From NCBI GenBank assembly GCA_001799695.1, contig MGTY01000130.1:52504-116503 (forward strand): a DNA stretch of 64,000 nt. Reading direction: 5' to 3'. A program made the position numbers and the translations under genes. This document shows, piece after piece, positions 1 to 9,039 of this stretch. The DNA is from Elusimicrobia bacterium GWA2_69_24. Its GTDB lineage: Bacteria; Elusimicrobiota; Elusimicrobia; UBA1565. Numbering within the stretch: position 1 is the stretch's first letter; every line of letters starts with the position of its first letter. The notes under the pieces are model-generated. The model ran no database searches. It was not told the DNA's origin and saw only the letters and a program-made list of their open reading frames with translations.

Positions 1-3000
1 GGAGCGCCCCGGTCAAGGAGTCCTTGAGGACGCCGCGCGCGTAGAAAGTGTCGCCGATCTTGGCCAGGATGTCCGAGGCGAGCAGGTTGGTCGGCCGGCG
101 GGCGACCTCGAGCGCGGCGTTGTCCGCCGCCGGCTCGTAGAGGGGATCTCCGTCGAAGAGGGCCGTGTAATAGTAGCTGCCCGAGGAGGCCGGCGCGGTG
201 AACGAGGCGGTCGCGACCCCCAAGGCGTCCGTGGTCACGGTCTTGGTGGACCCGCTGAAGATGAGGGAGACGGTCCGCCCCGCGAGCGTCCCCCCGTTGG
301 CCGCGTCGTTGAGTGTCGCCTTGGCCACCCAGCCGTCGCTGATGGCGGTCAGGACGTTCTCGGCCGTGAGCGCGCTCAGGCGCCGGGTCACGTTCACGGT
401 CCCCGTATCCGAACGCGTGTCGTAGAGCGTGTCGCCCCCGAAGAGGGCCAGGTAGGTGTAGGTCCCGGTGGACACGGGCGCCGTGAAAGTCACGGAAGCC
501 ACGCCCACCCCGTCCGTCACGGCCGTCCGGGTGGTCCCCTGGAAGGAGAACAGGATGCTGCGCCCCACGACGGCGGCGCCCGTGGCCGTCTCCTGCAGGC
601 GGGCCAGGGCCCAGAAACCGTCCCCCGCCCGCACATCGATATTGCTCACCATGACCGAGGTGGGGCGCAGGATGACCCGGATGGTGGCCGTACCGTTGGA
701 GGCCGAGAACGTGTCGTCCCCAGGGAAGGCGGCCGTATAAAGGTAGGTCCCGGTCGAGAACGGCGCCGTGAAAGTGGCGCTGGAAACGCCCTGGGCGTTC
801 GCGAAAGCGGTGATCGACGAGCCCTGGAAGGCGAAGGTGACCGTGGCCCCCGCCACCGGGGTGCCCGCGATCGCGTCCTTGACCTGGGCCACCGTCGTGA
901 ACGAGCTGCCCGCGTCCACGTCCTGGTCGGAGACGAGCATCACCGAGAACCGCGTCACCGCAGTCAGTTGGCCGGAATTGCTGGAGGGGTTGTAGGTTAT
1001 GTCGCCGGAATCGAAATAAGCGTAAATCGGATAATAGCCGATGGTCGCCGGGGCCGTGAACGTGGCGCTGGCCACGCCGAAGGCGTTCGCGGTGACGGTC
1101 CGGGTGGAACCCTGGAACACGAAGCGGATGGATTTGTTCGCCACCGGGTTCCCGGTGAAGCTGTCCCCCAGCATGGCCAGGGCCGTGAACACGGTGTTGA
1201 GGTTGGCCTCGATGTTGGGCACCGCCAGATAGGTGGGGCGGAAGGCGTTGGTGTGCCCGGCGCTCGAGGAGCTGAAAGCGTAAGTGGCGTTGCCTCCGAA
1301 GGTCGCGTTCCAAGGATAGTAGCCCGCGGCCTCGATGGCCGGGAAGGTCGCGAAGCTCTGCCCGGAGGCGTTGGTCGTGGCCGAGCGCGTGGAGCCGCTC
1401 ATCATGAAGATGACGGGCAGACCCGGGACCGGGGTCCCCAGGTTGGAGTCCTTGATGTCCGTCCTCATGTTGACCGGGTCCAGGGCCAGGTCCCAGGAAT
1501 CGTAGGCGACCGCCGTGGTCGGCCGCGGGTAGACGCTCACCGCGGTCACGCCGGAGTTGGCGGGCTCATAGGTCTGGTCGCCGGCGTAGGACGCCGAATA
1601 CGTGTAGGTCCCGGAGGTCGTGGGCGCGATATAGGTCACGGTCGCGACCCCCAGGGCGTCGGTGACCACGCTCTTGGTGGAGCCCAGGAAATCAAACACG
1701 ACGGACATGCCGGGCATCATGCCGCCGCCCACGTAGTCGCGCAGGTCGGCCCGGGCCGTGAAGGTGTCCATGGCGATGGTCAAGACATCGTAGGAGATGA
1801 GCTGCGTAGGCCGGCGGTAGACGCTGCCCGTGGACGAGCTGAAGCTCGGGGCATAGGTCTGGGTGCCGGCGAAATCGACGTCGAGCCGGTAGCTCCCCGA
1901 GCTGGGGCCGCAGGCGAAGGTGGCCCCCGCGTTGCCGAAGCCGTCGCTCTGCGCGGTGCTTGACGCCCCCTGGAAGGAGAAGGTCACGCTGCTGGCGGCC
2001 AACCGGTCTCCGGTGGCCCCGTCCAGCAGGAGGGAGCCGAAACCGATGGAGCTCAGGGTGTAGCACCAGTTGCCGAAGGCGGTGAGGCTGGTGGGCCGGC
2101 GCACGATGGTGATGGTGGAGCTGCCGGCGCTCGCCACGTAGATGGAGTTCGAGGCGTAATTCGCGTCCAGGGTGAAGTTCCCGGAGCTCGGCGGGGCCGC
2201 GTACGTCACGCTGCCGATGCCGATGACGTCCGTGTTCGCGGACAGCGTGGAACCGAGGAAAACGAAATCGATCCGCTCGCCCTGGATGGGATCTCCGGAG
2301 TTGCGGTCGATGAGCTTCGCGGTCCCGGGGAACGGATCCAGCGCGTAGGCGGTGGCGTTGAAGGGAACCACCGCGGTGAAGCGCAGGCCGATGGCCACCT
2401 CGCCGATGTCGGAAGCGGGGTCGTAAGTGAGCTCCCCGTCGAAGGAGGCTGTGTAGGTCAGGACCTCGGTCGAGGAGGAGGTCGTGTAGGCGGCGGAGGC
2501 GACTCCCAGCTCGTTGGTGAGCGCCGTCTGCGTCGAGCCGTCGAAGACGAAGCGCAGGGTCCTGCCGGAGAGCGGCAGGCCGGTCTCCGCGCTGGTCAAG
2601 GTGCCCTGCACGGTGAATTCCGCCTGGACCGCGGCCGTGACGTCCTTGGCCGAGAGGGACGTGGGATGCCGCGAGACGACGACGCTCTTAAAGTCCGACT
2701 GCCCCAGGTAGGTGGCGTCGCCGTCGTAGCGGGCCTCGTAGCCGTAGGTCCCGGTCGACGCCGGCGCGGTGAAGGAGGCGGTCGCGACCCCCACCCCGTT
2801 GGCAAGCACGGTCTGCGTGGTCCCGTTGAAGACGAAGGAAACGCCGGCCCCGGCACGGGGGCTGCCGGTCGCCTGGTCGGTCAGGGTGGCGCTGGTCTTG
2901 ACCACCTGCCCGGCGATGACCGCGGCGTTGAGGGCGGCCATGTTCACCGGCCGCCGCGCGGCCCCGAGATAGGAGAACGAGCTGACCGAGAGATACAGCT

Positions 3001-4960
3001 CGTCCCCCGCGAAGTCCGCGGTGTAGGAATAGGTCCCGGAGGAGGCGGGGGAGTCGTAGGCCGCCGTGGCGACCCCCACGGCGTCGGTGACCGCGTCCTT
3101 GGTGAGCCCCTGGAAGGTGAAGCGGACCGTGCGCCCCTGGATGCCCGCCCCGTTGTGGAGGTCCGACAGCGTCACGGTGGCCCGGAAGACGTCCCCGATG
3201 TTGACGCCCGCGTCCCGCGCGAACATCACGCTGGTGTGGCTCTGCACGGTCACGGGCTGGGTGTCGCTCTGGAAAAGGAAGGAACCGTCCCCCGGGAAGG
3301 TCGCGGAGAAAGTGTACGGCCCGGTGGCGTTGGGGGCCGTGAAGCCCACCGTGGCGAGGCCCGTCCCCGAGGTGGCTCCCGACTGCTCCCCCCCATTAAA
3401 AAGGAAGGACACGGCCCGGCCCACGATGGGGTCCCCGGTGCCGCTGACGGTCAAGGTCGCGCTGGCCGTGAAGACGTCTCCCCAGCGCACGGTGACCGGC
3501 TGGCCCGAGAGCACGCTGAGCCGCGTGTCCACCGTCACCGTCCCCGAGCCCCAGGAAGCCGCGTAGGTCACCGCCCCGGCATAGTCGGACTGCAGGGGAT
3601 AGGTCCCGATGCCCCCGGGGGCGACGAAGGAGGCCGTGGCCACCCCGAGGGCGTCGGACACCGCGGCCTTGGTGGAGCCCGCGAACGAGAATACCAGGGT
3701 CTCGCCCGCGAGCGGGGCGCCGCCTTCGGCGGTCAAGGTGGCCGTGGCGGTGAACACGGTCGAGGCGTTGGCCCGGATGTCGGCCGGCATGGCGATGCTC
3801 GTGTTGCGCCGCACGGCCGTGACGGCGGCCGTGGCCTGACCGGTCGCGTAGGTGAAATCGCCGTCGTAGGATGCGGAATAGACGTAGGTCCCGGACGCCG
3901 TGGGCGCCGTGAACGCGGTCGCGACGATCCCGTCCCCGTCCGTCACCGAGGTCTGCGTAGAACCCTGGAACACGAAGCGGACGGTCCGGGCCCAGAGGGG
4001 GTCCCCGGTCAACTGGTCGGTGAGGGTGGCCTGGGCGTCGAACGCCATCCCCACGGTCGTGGAGACCGCCACGGTCTGGATGCGCACCGGGCGCATGGCG
4101 ATAGTGAGAGTGCCGGTCCCGCTCTTGGCCGAGAAGCCGGCGTTGCCGGAGAATTCCGCCAGATAGGTATGGGTGCCGCTCGAGGAGCCCGCGTTGAACA
4201 TCGTGGTCGCGACCCCGGCATCGTCGGTCACGCCGTCCTGGGAGGCCGCTTTGTAGGTGAAATGGATCGTCTCCCCGACCACCGGAGACCCGTCCGCGGA
4301 GGCGATCAGCGTCCCCTTAGCCTGGAAATCCTCCAGGAGGTAGGTCCCGACGTTCTGGGCGATGAGCAGGGTCGAGCGCTTGGTCACCGTGACCACCTTC
4401 GTGCTCTGGGACTGGCGGTAGGTGGCCCCTCCCGCATAGGAGGCGGTGTAGTTGTAGTTGCCGGCGTTGGTGGGGGCGGTGAAGGTGGATTCGGCCATGC
4501 CCAGCGCGTCGGTGAGCGCCGTGTTGCTCGACCCCTCGAAATAGAAGGTGATGAGCTTGCCGGGCATGTCCTCCAGGGTCTCCACGTCCACCAGGTTGAC
4601 CTGCATGGTCACCGTGCTGCCCGTGAACGCGGTGGTGTTCAAGGCGATGAGCACGGTGGAGCGCTGCTGCACGGTGACCGTGTTGTTGACCGAGGAGGCG
4701 TCGTAGTCCACGTTCCCCGCGAAGCTCGCGTCCAGGGTGTAGGACCCGCTGGTGGCGGGGGCGGCGTAGCTCACGGTCGCCACGCCCGAGGCGTTGGTCG
4801 CCGCGGTCTTGGTCTCCCCCCGGAAGACGAAGGACACCGTGGCCCCGGAGAGCGGCGCTCCCGTGGGGGAATAGGTCAGGGTGGCCTGGGCGTCGAAGGT
4901 CTTGGCCTGGCCCCCCGTCTCTCCCGTGGCCGGCGTCGTGACGGAAGGCAGGTTCAGGGT
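1..4960 (-). repeat. Tandem array of about 17 Ig-like modules (period about 255-300 nt, about 95 aa) inside the giant CDS
   Basis: Recurrent protein pattern A.ATLT...G.P..G..V.F.F.G.....TDA.GVAT..F.AP...GTY.Y.A.F.GD..Y....RRPT. Similar antisense pseudo-ORFs on the plus strand start at 198, 468, 768, 1041, 2514, 2769, 3066, 3609 and 3900 (MNEAVATP.., MKEAVATP..). Boundaries are approximate. Confidence 0.7.
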
Positions 4961-7591
4961 CGTGGCGCGGTTGAGGGTGATCGTGTCGGAGACGCTCAGC
5001 ACGTTGCCGGCCTGGTCCAGGATCTCGATCTCCACCTGCTTGATGCCGGCGCCGGGCAGGAGGTTCCAGGTCCGGGAGGAGGAGGCTCCCTCATACCCCG
5101 TCCAGGCGTCTCCCAGGTTGCGGTAGCGAACCTTGTCCACACCCGAGATGGCGTCCGCGAAGGTCATGTCCAGGCGCACGGTCGCCGAGGTGGTGTAGGC
5201 TTCGCCGTTGGCGATGAGGATGGACCCGGTGGGGGCGCCCTGGTCCAGGGAGTAGGAGCCGGAGAAGGTGTAGGTGCTGTTGCCCGCCCGGTCCTCCACC
5301 TGCGTGTGCAGGTACCAGGTCCCGGAGACGTATTGGACCCGGTTGACCGTGGCCGCGTTCCCGAAGACGTTGTTGTCCCACACGGACCAGCCTCCCGCCG
5401 GCGTGCCGGAGGAGGCGCTCCATTGGTGCCGCAGGCGGCCCAGCCCGGCCCCGCCGGTGTCCAAGAGCGACATGTCGACCGAGATCTCCGTGTTCCTCCA
5501 GGGGCTGGAGGAGGGCGAGAAGGAGGCCACGCCCGGCCGCAGCTGGTCATAGTAGAAGGGGCCGTAGGCCGCGGTGAAGCTGGGGACGTCGTCGCCGTTG
5601 TAGGAGCGCAGATGCAGGTAGTACTCCCCCGACGAGGAGGGCGAGAGGGGCAGGGTGCCGATGGTCCACTGCGTCTCCGAGCCCGTCCAGGAGTGGGTCG
5701 GCGAGGTCTCCCAAGCGTACCGATAGTACTCCAGGGCCCCCGCGCCGAACCCGGCCAGGTTCGTGAAAGTGAACACCGTCCCCGCCACGTACCAGGTTCC
5801 GGTGGAGCGGTCGCCGGAGGCGCTGGGGACCGCCCCCAGGGTGCGGCGGTTGTCCAGGGCCGAATCCGCGCCTCCGACCGTGTTGTAGGCCCGCACGTAG
5901 CGGGAATACGCCGTATTGGCCGTCAGCCCGGGCTCGATCCAATAGGTCGCGTCCGAGGCCAGCTGCTGGAGCTGGACCCCGATCGAGGTGAAGACGCGCA
6001 GCCCGTCCTCCTGGTACTGTCCGGCGGAATCGTCGGTCCAGCCCCACTGGATCTGGGAGGTGGACACCGCGGTCCCCCCGAATCCGAGGGGCGTCCGGGC
6101 CGCCGAGGTGTAGGTGAGGGTGATGCTGCTCAGGGCCGCCGTGTAGAGGGGGTCGTTCGTCCCCAAGTCCGCCCGGTACTGCTGGTAGCGTCCGGTGAGG
6201 GACTGCCCGAGCACCGCTCCCGAGGAGACCTCCACGAAGGAGGCCAGGAAGACGTCGGTGTCATGCGAGCGCGCGAGGACCTTGAGCGTCGCATCCGCCG
6301 GGACCGTCGCGACCCAATCCAGGCGGTCGAGCCGGCTGCCGTCCGCCGCGAGGTTCAGGATCCGCGAGGTGAACTCGCCCGGGGTATCGTAGCGCCCCTG
6401 CTCGGCCCCGGTCGCCGTGTGCGACGGCTCGGGGCTGGAATACTGTCCGACCAGGAGGGCGTCGTAGTCGTAGTCGCGCAGGTTCGTGGTCCCGGCCCCG
6501 GCCTCGATGTAGATGTACGGGTCGCTGAAGGAGAGGCCCGCCCCGCTGTAGACCTGGCTCCCGTCGTAGACCACCTTGGTGGTGGACGGACCGAGCAGGA
6601 AGTCCACGTCGTGGAACCCGGCCGAGGTGTTGCTGGGGGCGACCAAAGAGAACGGGATGTAGGAGAGGGCCTTCTCCACCTGGTAGGTCGGGGTGGCGGT
6701 CGAGTGGATGATGCGCAGGCGCAGCCACTCCGCCTCCAGGGCCGAGAACGAGGCGCTGGTCGGGCACAGGGTGATGTCCGAGGTCCGATTCGACTCCACC
6801 GTCGAGGCCTTGACGCGGATGTGGTAGCGGCGGCCGCTGGAGAAGTTGTGCTTGCCCACGCTGCGCAGTCCGTAGTAGTCGGCGGCGCTCGCTCCATAGG
6901 TCAGGCGCAGGGCGTCGCCCTGGAGGTTGCGGACCGAGCCCGCCTCCGGCGCGGCGGACTGGATGTTCGACCACTTGCCCGAGTCGGGCGCGGAGCCGTC
7001 CGTGCCGTCGAAGGGGTCGGTGAAGACGAAGGTGTTCGCCGCGCTCGAGACGTCGGAGGCGCCGGAGTTGCCGTAGTACATGTAGAGGGTAACGCTCGAA
7101 TTGGCCGGGATGGAGGGGACCTTCACCCAGATGCGGGTGGCCGTCGTGCTCATCCCCCGCTCCACCCAGTGGTAGATCAGGGTCGTCCCGTCGCTGGTCG
7201 TGAACCGGAGGTCGGCGCCGTCCGAGCGCAGGCGGCCGGCGGAGATCAGGCCCGCCGTGTCGAAAGTCAGCAGGATCTGGTAGTCCGTGAGGGCGGAGCC
7301 GTTGGTCGAATCGAGGGTGATGGTCCGCCGGTGGTTCCAGTCCGCGTCGTACCACGCGGCGCCGCTCGGCGCGCTCAGCCCCACCGCCCGGCCCGCGTAG
7401 TCCAGCCGGACGTCCGCGGCGCCGCCCGAGCCCGAGCGGTAGGTGGTCGCGAAGGTCCCGGCGTCGAAATCCGTATCCGAAGTGTCGGTCTGCGTCCCGG
7501 CGGCCCCGGCGAGGCCCGGCGCGCTGAGGCAGGCCGCGGCCAGGACGAAGCCGCGGACCCTGCTCTGCAGCGCCGGGGGAGTCGGTCTCAT
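1..7591 (-). CDS. Giant secreted cell-surface protein, >2530 aa with its 3' end beyond the window: signal peptide, DUF2341, LamG/concanavalin-like region, FN3-like modules, then about 17 tandem Ig-like repeats
   Basis: Absent from the supplied ORF track (no stop inside the window). The reverse-strand ATG at 7591..7589 gives MRPTPPALQSRVRGFVLAAACLSAPGLAGAAG (signal peptide). Hand translation stays open down to position 2. DUF2341-type signature: WNHRRTITLDSTNGSALTDYQILLTFD...GADLRFTTSDGTTLIYHWVE...IWVKVPSIPANSSVTLYMYYGN. None of the listed minus ORFs in 1..7591 is in this frame. The ATG overlaps the TGA of the upstream regulator (ATGA). Confidence 0.85.
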   Translation of the reverse strand, partial: MRPTPPALQSRVRGFVLAAACLSAPGLAGAAGTQTDTSDTDFDAGTFATTYRSGSGGAADVRLDYAGRAVGLSAPSGAAWYDADWNHRRTITLDSTNGSALTDYQILLTFDTAGLISAGRLRSDGADLRFTTSDGTTLIYHWVERGMSTTATRIWVKVPSIPANSSVTLYMYYGNSGASDVSSAANTFVFTDPFDGTDGSAPDSGKWSNIQSAAPEAGSVRNLQGDALRLTYGASAADYYGLRSVGKHNFSSGRRYHIRVKASTVESNRTSDITLCPTSASFSALEAEWLRLRIIHSTATPTYQVEKALSYIPFSLVAPSNTSAGFHDVDFLLGPSTTKVVYDGSQVYSGAGLSFSDPYIYIEAGAGTTNLRDYDYDALLVGQYSSPEPSHTATGAEQGRYDTPGEFTSRILNLAADGSRLDRLDWVATVPADATLKVLARSHDTDVFLASFVEVSSGAVLGQSLTGRYQQYRADLGTNDPLYTAALSSITLTYTSAARTPLGFGGTAVSTSQIQWGWTDDSAGQYQEDGLRVFTSIGVQLQQLASDATYWIEPGLTANTAYSRYVRAYNTVGGADSALDNRRTLGAVPSASGDRSTGTWYVAGTVFTFTNLAGFGAGALEYYRYAWETSPTHSWTGSETQWTIGTLPLSPSSSGEYYLHLRSYNGDDVPSFTAAYGPFYYDQLRPGVASFSPSSSPWRNTEISVDMSLLDTGGAGLGRLRHQWSASSGTPAGGWSVWDNNVFGNAATVNRVQYVSGTWYLHTQVEDRAGNSTYTFSGSYSLDQGAPTGSILIANGEAYTTSATVRLDMTFADAISGVDKVRYRNLGDAWTGYEGASSSRTWNLLPGAGIKQVEIEILDQAGNVLSVSDTITLNRATTLNLPSVTTPATGETGGQAKTFDAQATLTYSPTGAPLSGATVSFVFRGETKTAATNASGVATVSYAAPATSGSYTLDASFAGNVDYDASSVNNTVTVQQRSTVLIALNTTAFTGSTVTMQVNLVDVETLEDMPGKLITFYFEGSSNTALTDALGMAESTFTAPTNAGNYNYTASYAGGATYRQSQSTKVVTVTKRSTLLIAQNVGTYLLEDFQAKGTLIASADGSPVVGETIHFTYKAASQDGVTDDAGVATTMFNAGSSSGTHTYLAEFSGNAGFSAKSGTGTLTIAMRPVRIQTVAVSTTVGMAFDAQATLTDQLTGDPLWARTVRFVFQGSTQTSVTDGDGIVATAFTAPTASGTYVYSASYDGDFTYATGQATAAVTAVRRNTSIAMPADIRANASTVFTATATLTAEGGAPLAGETLVFSFAGSTKAAVSDALGVATASFVAPGGIGTYPLQSDYAGAVTYAASWGSGTVTVDTRLSVLSGQPVTVRWGDVFTASATLTVSGTGDPIVGRAVSFLFNGGEQSGATSGTGLATVGFTAPNATGPYTFSATFPGDGSFLFQSDTQPVTVQSHTSVMFARDAGVNIGDVFRATVTLSDLHNGAGIQGRTVRFTFQGLTKDAVTDAVGVATAAYDSPASSGTYSYTADFAGDELYLSVSSFSYLGAARRPVNMAALNAAVIAGQVVKTSATLTDQATGSPRAGAGVSFVFNGTTQTVLANGVGVATASFTAPASTGTYGYEARYDGDATYLGQSDFKSVVVSRHPTSLSAKDVTAAVQAEFTVQGTLTSAETGLPLSGRTLRFVFDGSTQTALTNELGVASAAYTTSSSTEVLTYTASFDGELTYDPASDIGEVAIGLRFTAVVPFNATAYALDPFPGTAKLIDRNSGDPIQGERIDFVFLGSTLSANTDVIGIGSVTYAAPPSSGNFTLDANYASNSIYVASAGSSTITIVRRPTSLTAFGNWCYTLSSIGFGSLLLDGATGDRLAASSVTFSFQGASSTAQSDGFGNAGATFACGPSSGSYRLDVDFAGTQTYAPSFSSSTGSVYRRPTQLISYDVLTIAMDTFTARADLRDYVGGGMMPGMSVVFDFLGSTKSVVTDALGVATVTYIAPTTSGTYTYSASYAGDQTYEPANSGVTAVSVYPRPTTAVAYDSWDLALDPVNMRTDIKDSNLGTPVPGLPVIFMMSGSTRSATTNASGQSFATFPAIEAAGYYPWNATFGGNATYAFSSSSAGHTNAFRPTYLAVPNIEANLNTVFTALAMLGDSFTGNPVANKSIRFVFQGSTRTVTANAFGVASATFTAPATIGYYPIYAYFDSGDITYNPSSNSGQLTAVTRFSVMLVSDQDVDAGSSFTTVAQVKDAIAGTPVAGATVTFAFQGSSITAFANAQGVSSATFTAPFSTGTYLYTAAFPGDDTFSASNGTATIRVILRPTSVMVSNIDVRAGDGFWALARLQETATGAAVVGRSILFSFQGTTRTAVTDGVGVASVTFTAPVSTGTYTYLALFGGDTLYDTRSDTGTVNVTRRLSALTAENVLTAISDGWVAKATLNDAANGGTLAGRTVSLIFSGSTKTVTTDALGVATASFTAPASSGSYYYTALFDGDPLYEPAADNAALEVARRPTNLLASDILAKIGDTFYARGVLKDSLTGAL

Positions 7592-7989
7592 TGCATCCTG
7601 TGGCTCTTCTGCGCCTTCAACACGGCCGCGCGCGCCCGGGCCATGAGGATGGGCGGCGACACGGGCTTCAGGAGATAGTCGTCGGCGCCGAGGTCCAGAC
7701 CCTCGACTTTGCTCTCCGTCGACATCATCGTCCCCGTCAGCATGATGACGGGGATGAGCCTCAGGACGGGGTCCTGGCGGAGGGACTGCAGCACTTCGAA
7801 TCCGTTCGGGCTCAGCTCCCCGAGGTTGAAATCCAGGATGATGACGTCCGGCCGGCGGGCCTGGGCCTCCGCCACTCCCGCCTCCCCGCTGCTGGCCGAG
7901 AAGAACTCCCACTGCGGGTCGATCTCCACGATCTTCTTCATCACGCGGCTGAGATTCGCGTCGTCGTCGACCATCAGCATGCGATACAT
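7588..7989 (-). CDS. CheY-like single-domain response regulator (canonical receiver)
   Basis: MYRMLMVDDDANLSRVMKK...PDVIILDFNL...VIMLTG...DDYLLKP: acidic pocket DD, phospho-Asp, Thr and Lys are all present. Start moved to the internal ATG at 7989. Its stop overlaps the start of the giant CDS. Confidence 0.85.
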   Translation of the reverse strand: MYRMLMVDDDANLSRVMKKIVEIDPQWEFFSASSGEAGVAEAQARRPDVIILDFNLGELSPNGFEVLQSLRQDPVLRLIPVIMLTGTMMSTESKVEGLDLGADDYLLKPVSPPILMARARAAVLKAQKSHRMQ

Positions 7990-8079
7990 GGCACGGGCTC
8001 CTGGACTCCGCCTGCTACCAAGGAAAGTATAGGCCGCATTTCGCCTTCCCATTGTAAAGAAGTTGTAAAAAAACGCTGT

Positions 8080-8763
8080 TCAGCGCACGGTCGTCAGCTT
8101 GTAGCCGAGCGGCCGTACCGTATCGATCCGGCAAGACGAGGGAGAGAGTTTCCTGCGCAGATGCGACACGTGCATGTCGATGGAGCGCGTGCGGAACTGG
8201 TCATCCGTGTCCCACAGATACCGCAGCAGATAGCGCCGCGGCAGGGTCCGTCCGGCCTTCTGGATGAACAGGTGCAGGAGCTGATATTCCGTCCGCGTCA
8301 AGGTCTCTTCCCGGTCCCCGATCCGGATGCGGCGGTTCTCCGCGTCCAAGGAGATGTCCTGGAACACGAACTGCCCCCCGCCCCGCCCCAGGACGATCCG
8401 GCGCAGGATGGCGCGCACGCGGGCGCGCAGCTCCGCGTCGGGGATGGTGAGGGAGAGGAGCTCGTCGGTCCCCCGCTCGAAGGCGGCGAGGGTGGCCTGA
8501 TCGTCGAGCTCGGCGGCGATGGACACCACGAAGAGGGTGTTGAGGGTATCCGTCTTGCGGACGTGGTCCAGCAGCTCGTACTCGCGCCCATCGGCGGAGC
8601 CCAGCTCCAGGACCACCAGGTCGGGCCGCTCCCGGCGCCGCAGCACGGACTTCGCGGCCGGGACGCCGGGGGCGGTCCGGATGTCCGCCCCCAATTCCAG
8701 CAGCGCGCGCCGCAGCCGCTCCTGGAAGGGCCGCCGCCCGACCACGAGGATGCGCGGGCCCAT
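8080..8763 (-). CDS. OmpR/PhoB-family winged-helix response regulator with a degenerate receiver domain
   Basis: C-terminal Trans_reg_C-like region: LTRTEYQLLHLFIQKAGRTLPRRYLLRYLWD...SIDMHVSHLRRKL...IDTVRPLGYKL. Receiver positions are altered: ILVVGRRP (DD to GR), LVVLELG (Asp to Glu), DELLSLTIP (Lys to Leu). Confidence 0.85.
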   Translation of the reverse strand: MGPRILVVGRRPFQERLRRALLELGADIRTAPGVPAAKSVLRRRERPDLVVLELGSADGREYELLDHVRKTDTLNTLFVVSIAAELDDQATLAAFERGTDELLSLTIPDAELRARVRAILRRIVLGRGGGQFVFQDISLDAENRRIRIGDREETLTRTEYQLLHLFIQKAGRTLPRRYLLRYLWDTDDQFRTRSIDMHVSHLRRKLSPSSCRIDTVRPLGYKLTTVR

Positions 8764-8765
8764 TA

Positions 8766-9034
8766 GGGCCTGTCAACCAATAATATGAACATTTTGGAGG
8801 CTCGATATTGAGCGGATTCCTAGGCGCGAGGAGCGCGCATAGTGTGAACTATGCAAGCGACGAGCAACGACGAAATCAGCCGATAGCGAGCCTCCCCGAA
8901 GGGCCGGGGTGCTTTTGGGCTGCGCCTTTGCGCTGCTCGGCTTACATGCTCTACGAGCATGCGCGCCTCGCATCGCTTCGGCTCGCTCCAAAATCACCTC
9001 CGGCAAAATGCTCATATTATTGGTTGACAGGCCC
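8766..9034. mobile_element. MITE-like 269-bp palindromic element with 31-bp terminal inverted repeats
   Basis: 8766..8796 GGGCCTGTCAACCAATAATATGAACATTTTG is the reverse complement of 9004..9034 with 1 mismatch (position 8789). The inner halves are also imperfectly complementary (GCGAGGAGCGCGCAT vs GCGAGGCGCGCATGC). The ends are AT-rich in a 70% GC genome. It fills almost the whole 276-bp gap between the kinase stop (9040) and the regulator start (8763). Confidence 0.6.
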
Positions 9035-9039
9035 TTGCA

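Noticed and set aside
198-7678. Plus-strand ORFs across the first 7.7 kb, including the 1670-aa ORF 2666..7678, the 331-aa ORF 968..1963 and many MxEAVATP.. ORFs
   Set aside because: Their products are low-complexity Gly/Arg/Val/His-rich strings typical of antisense frames in high-GC DNA. The opposite strand encodes a coherent, domain-bearing protein across the whole interval.
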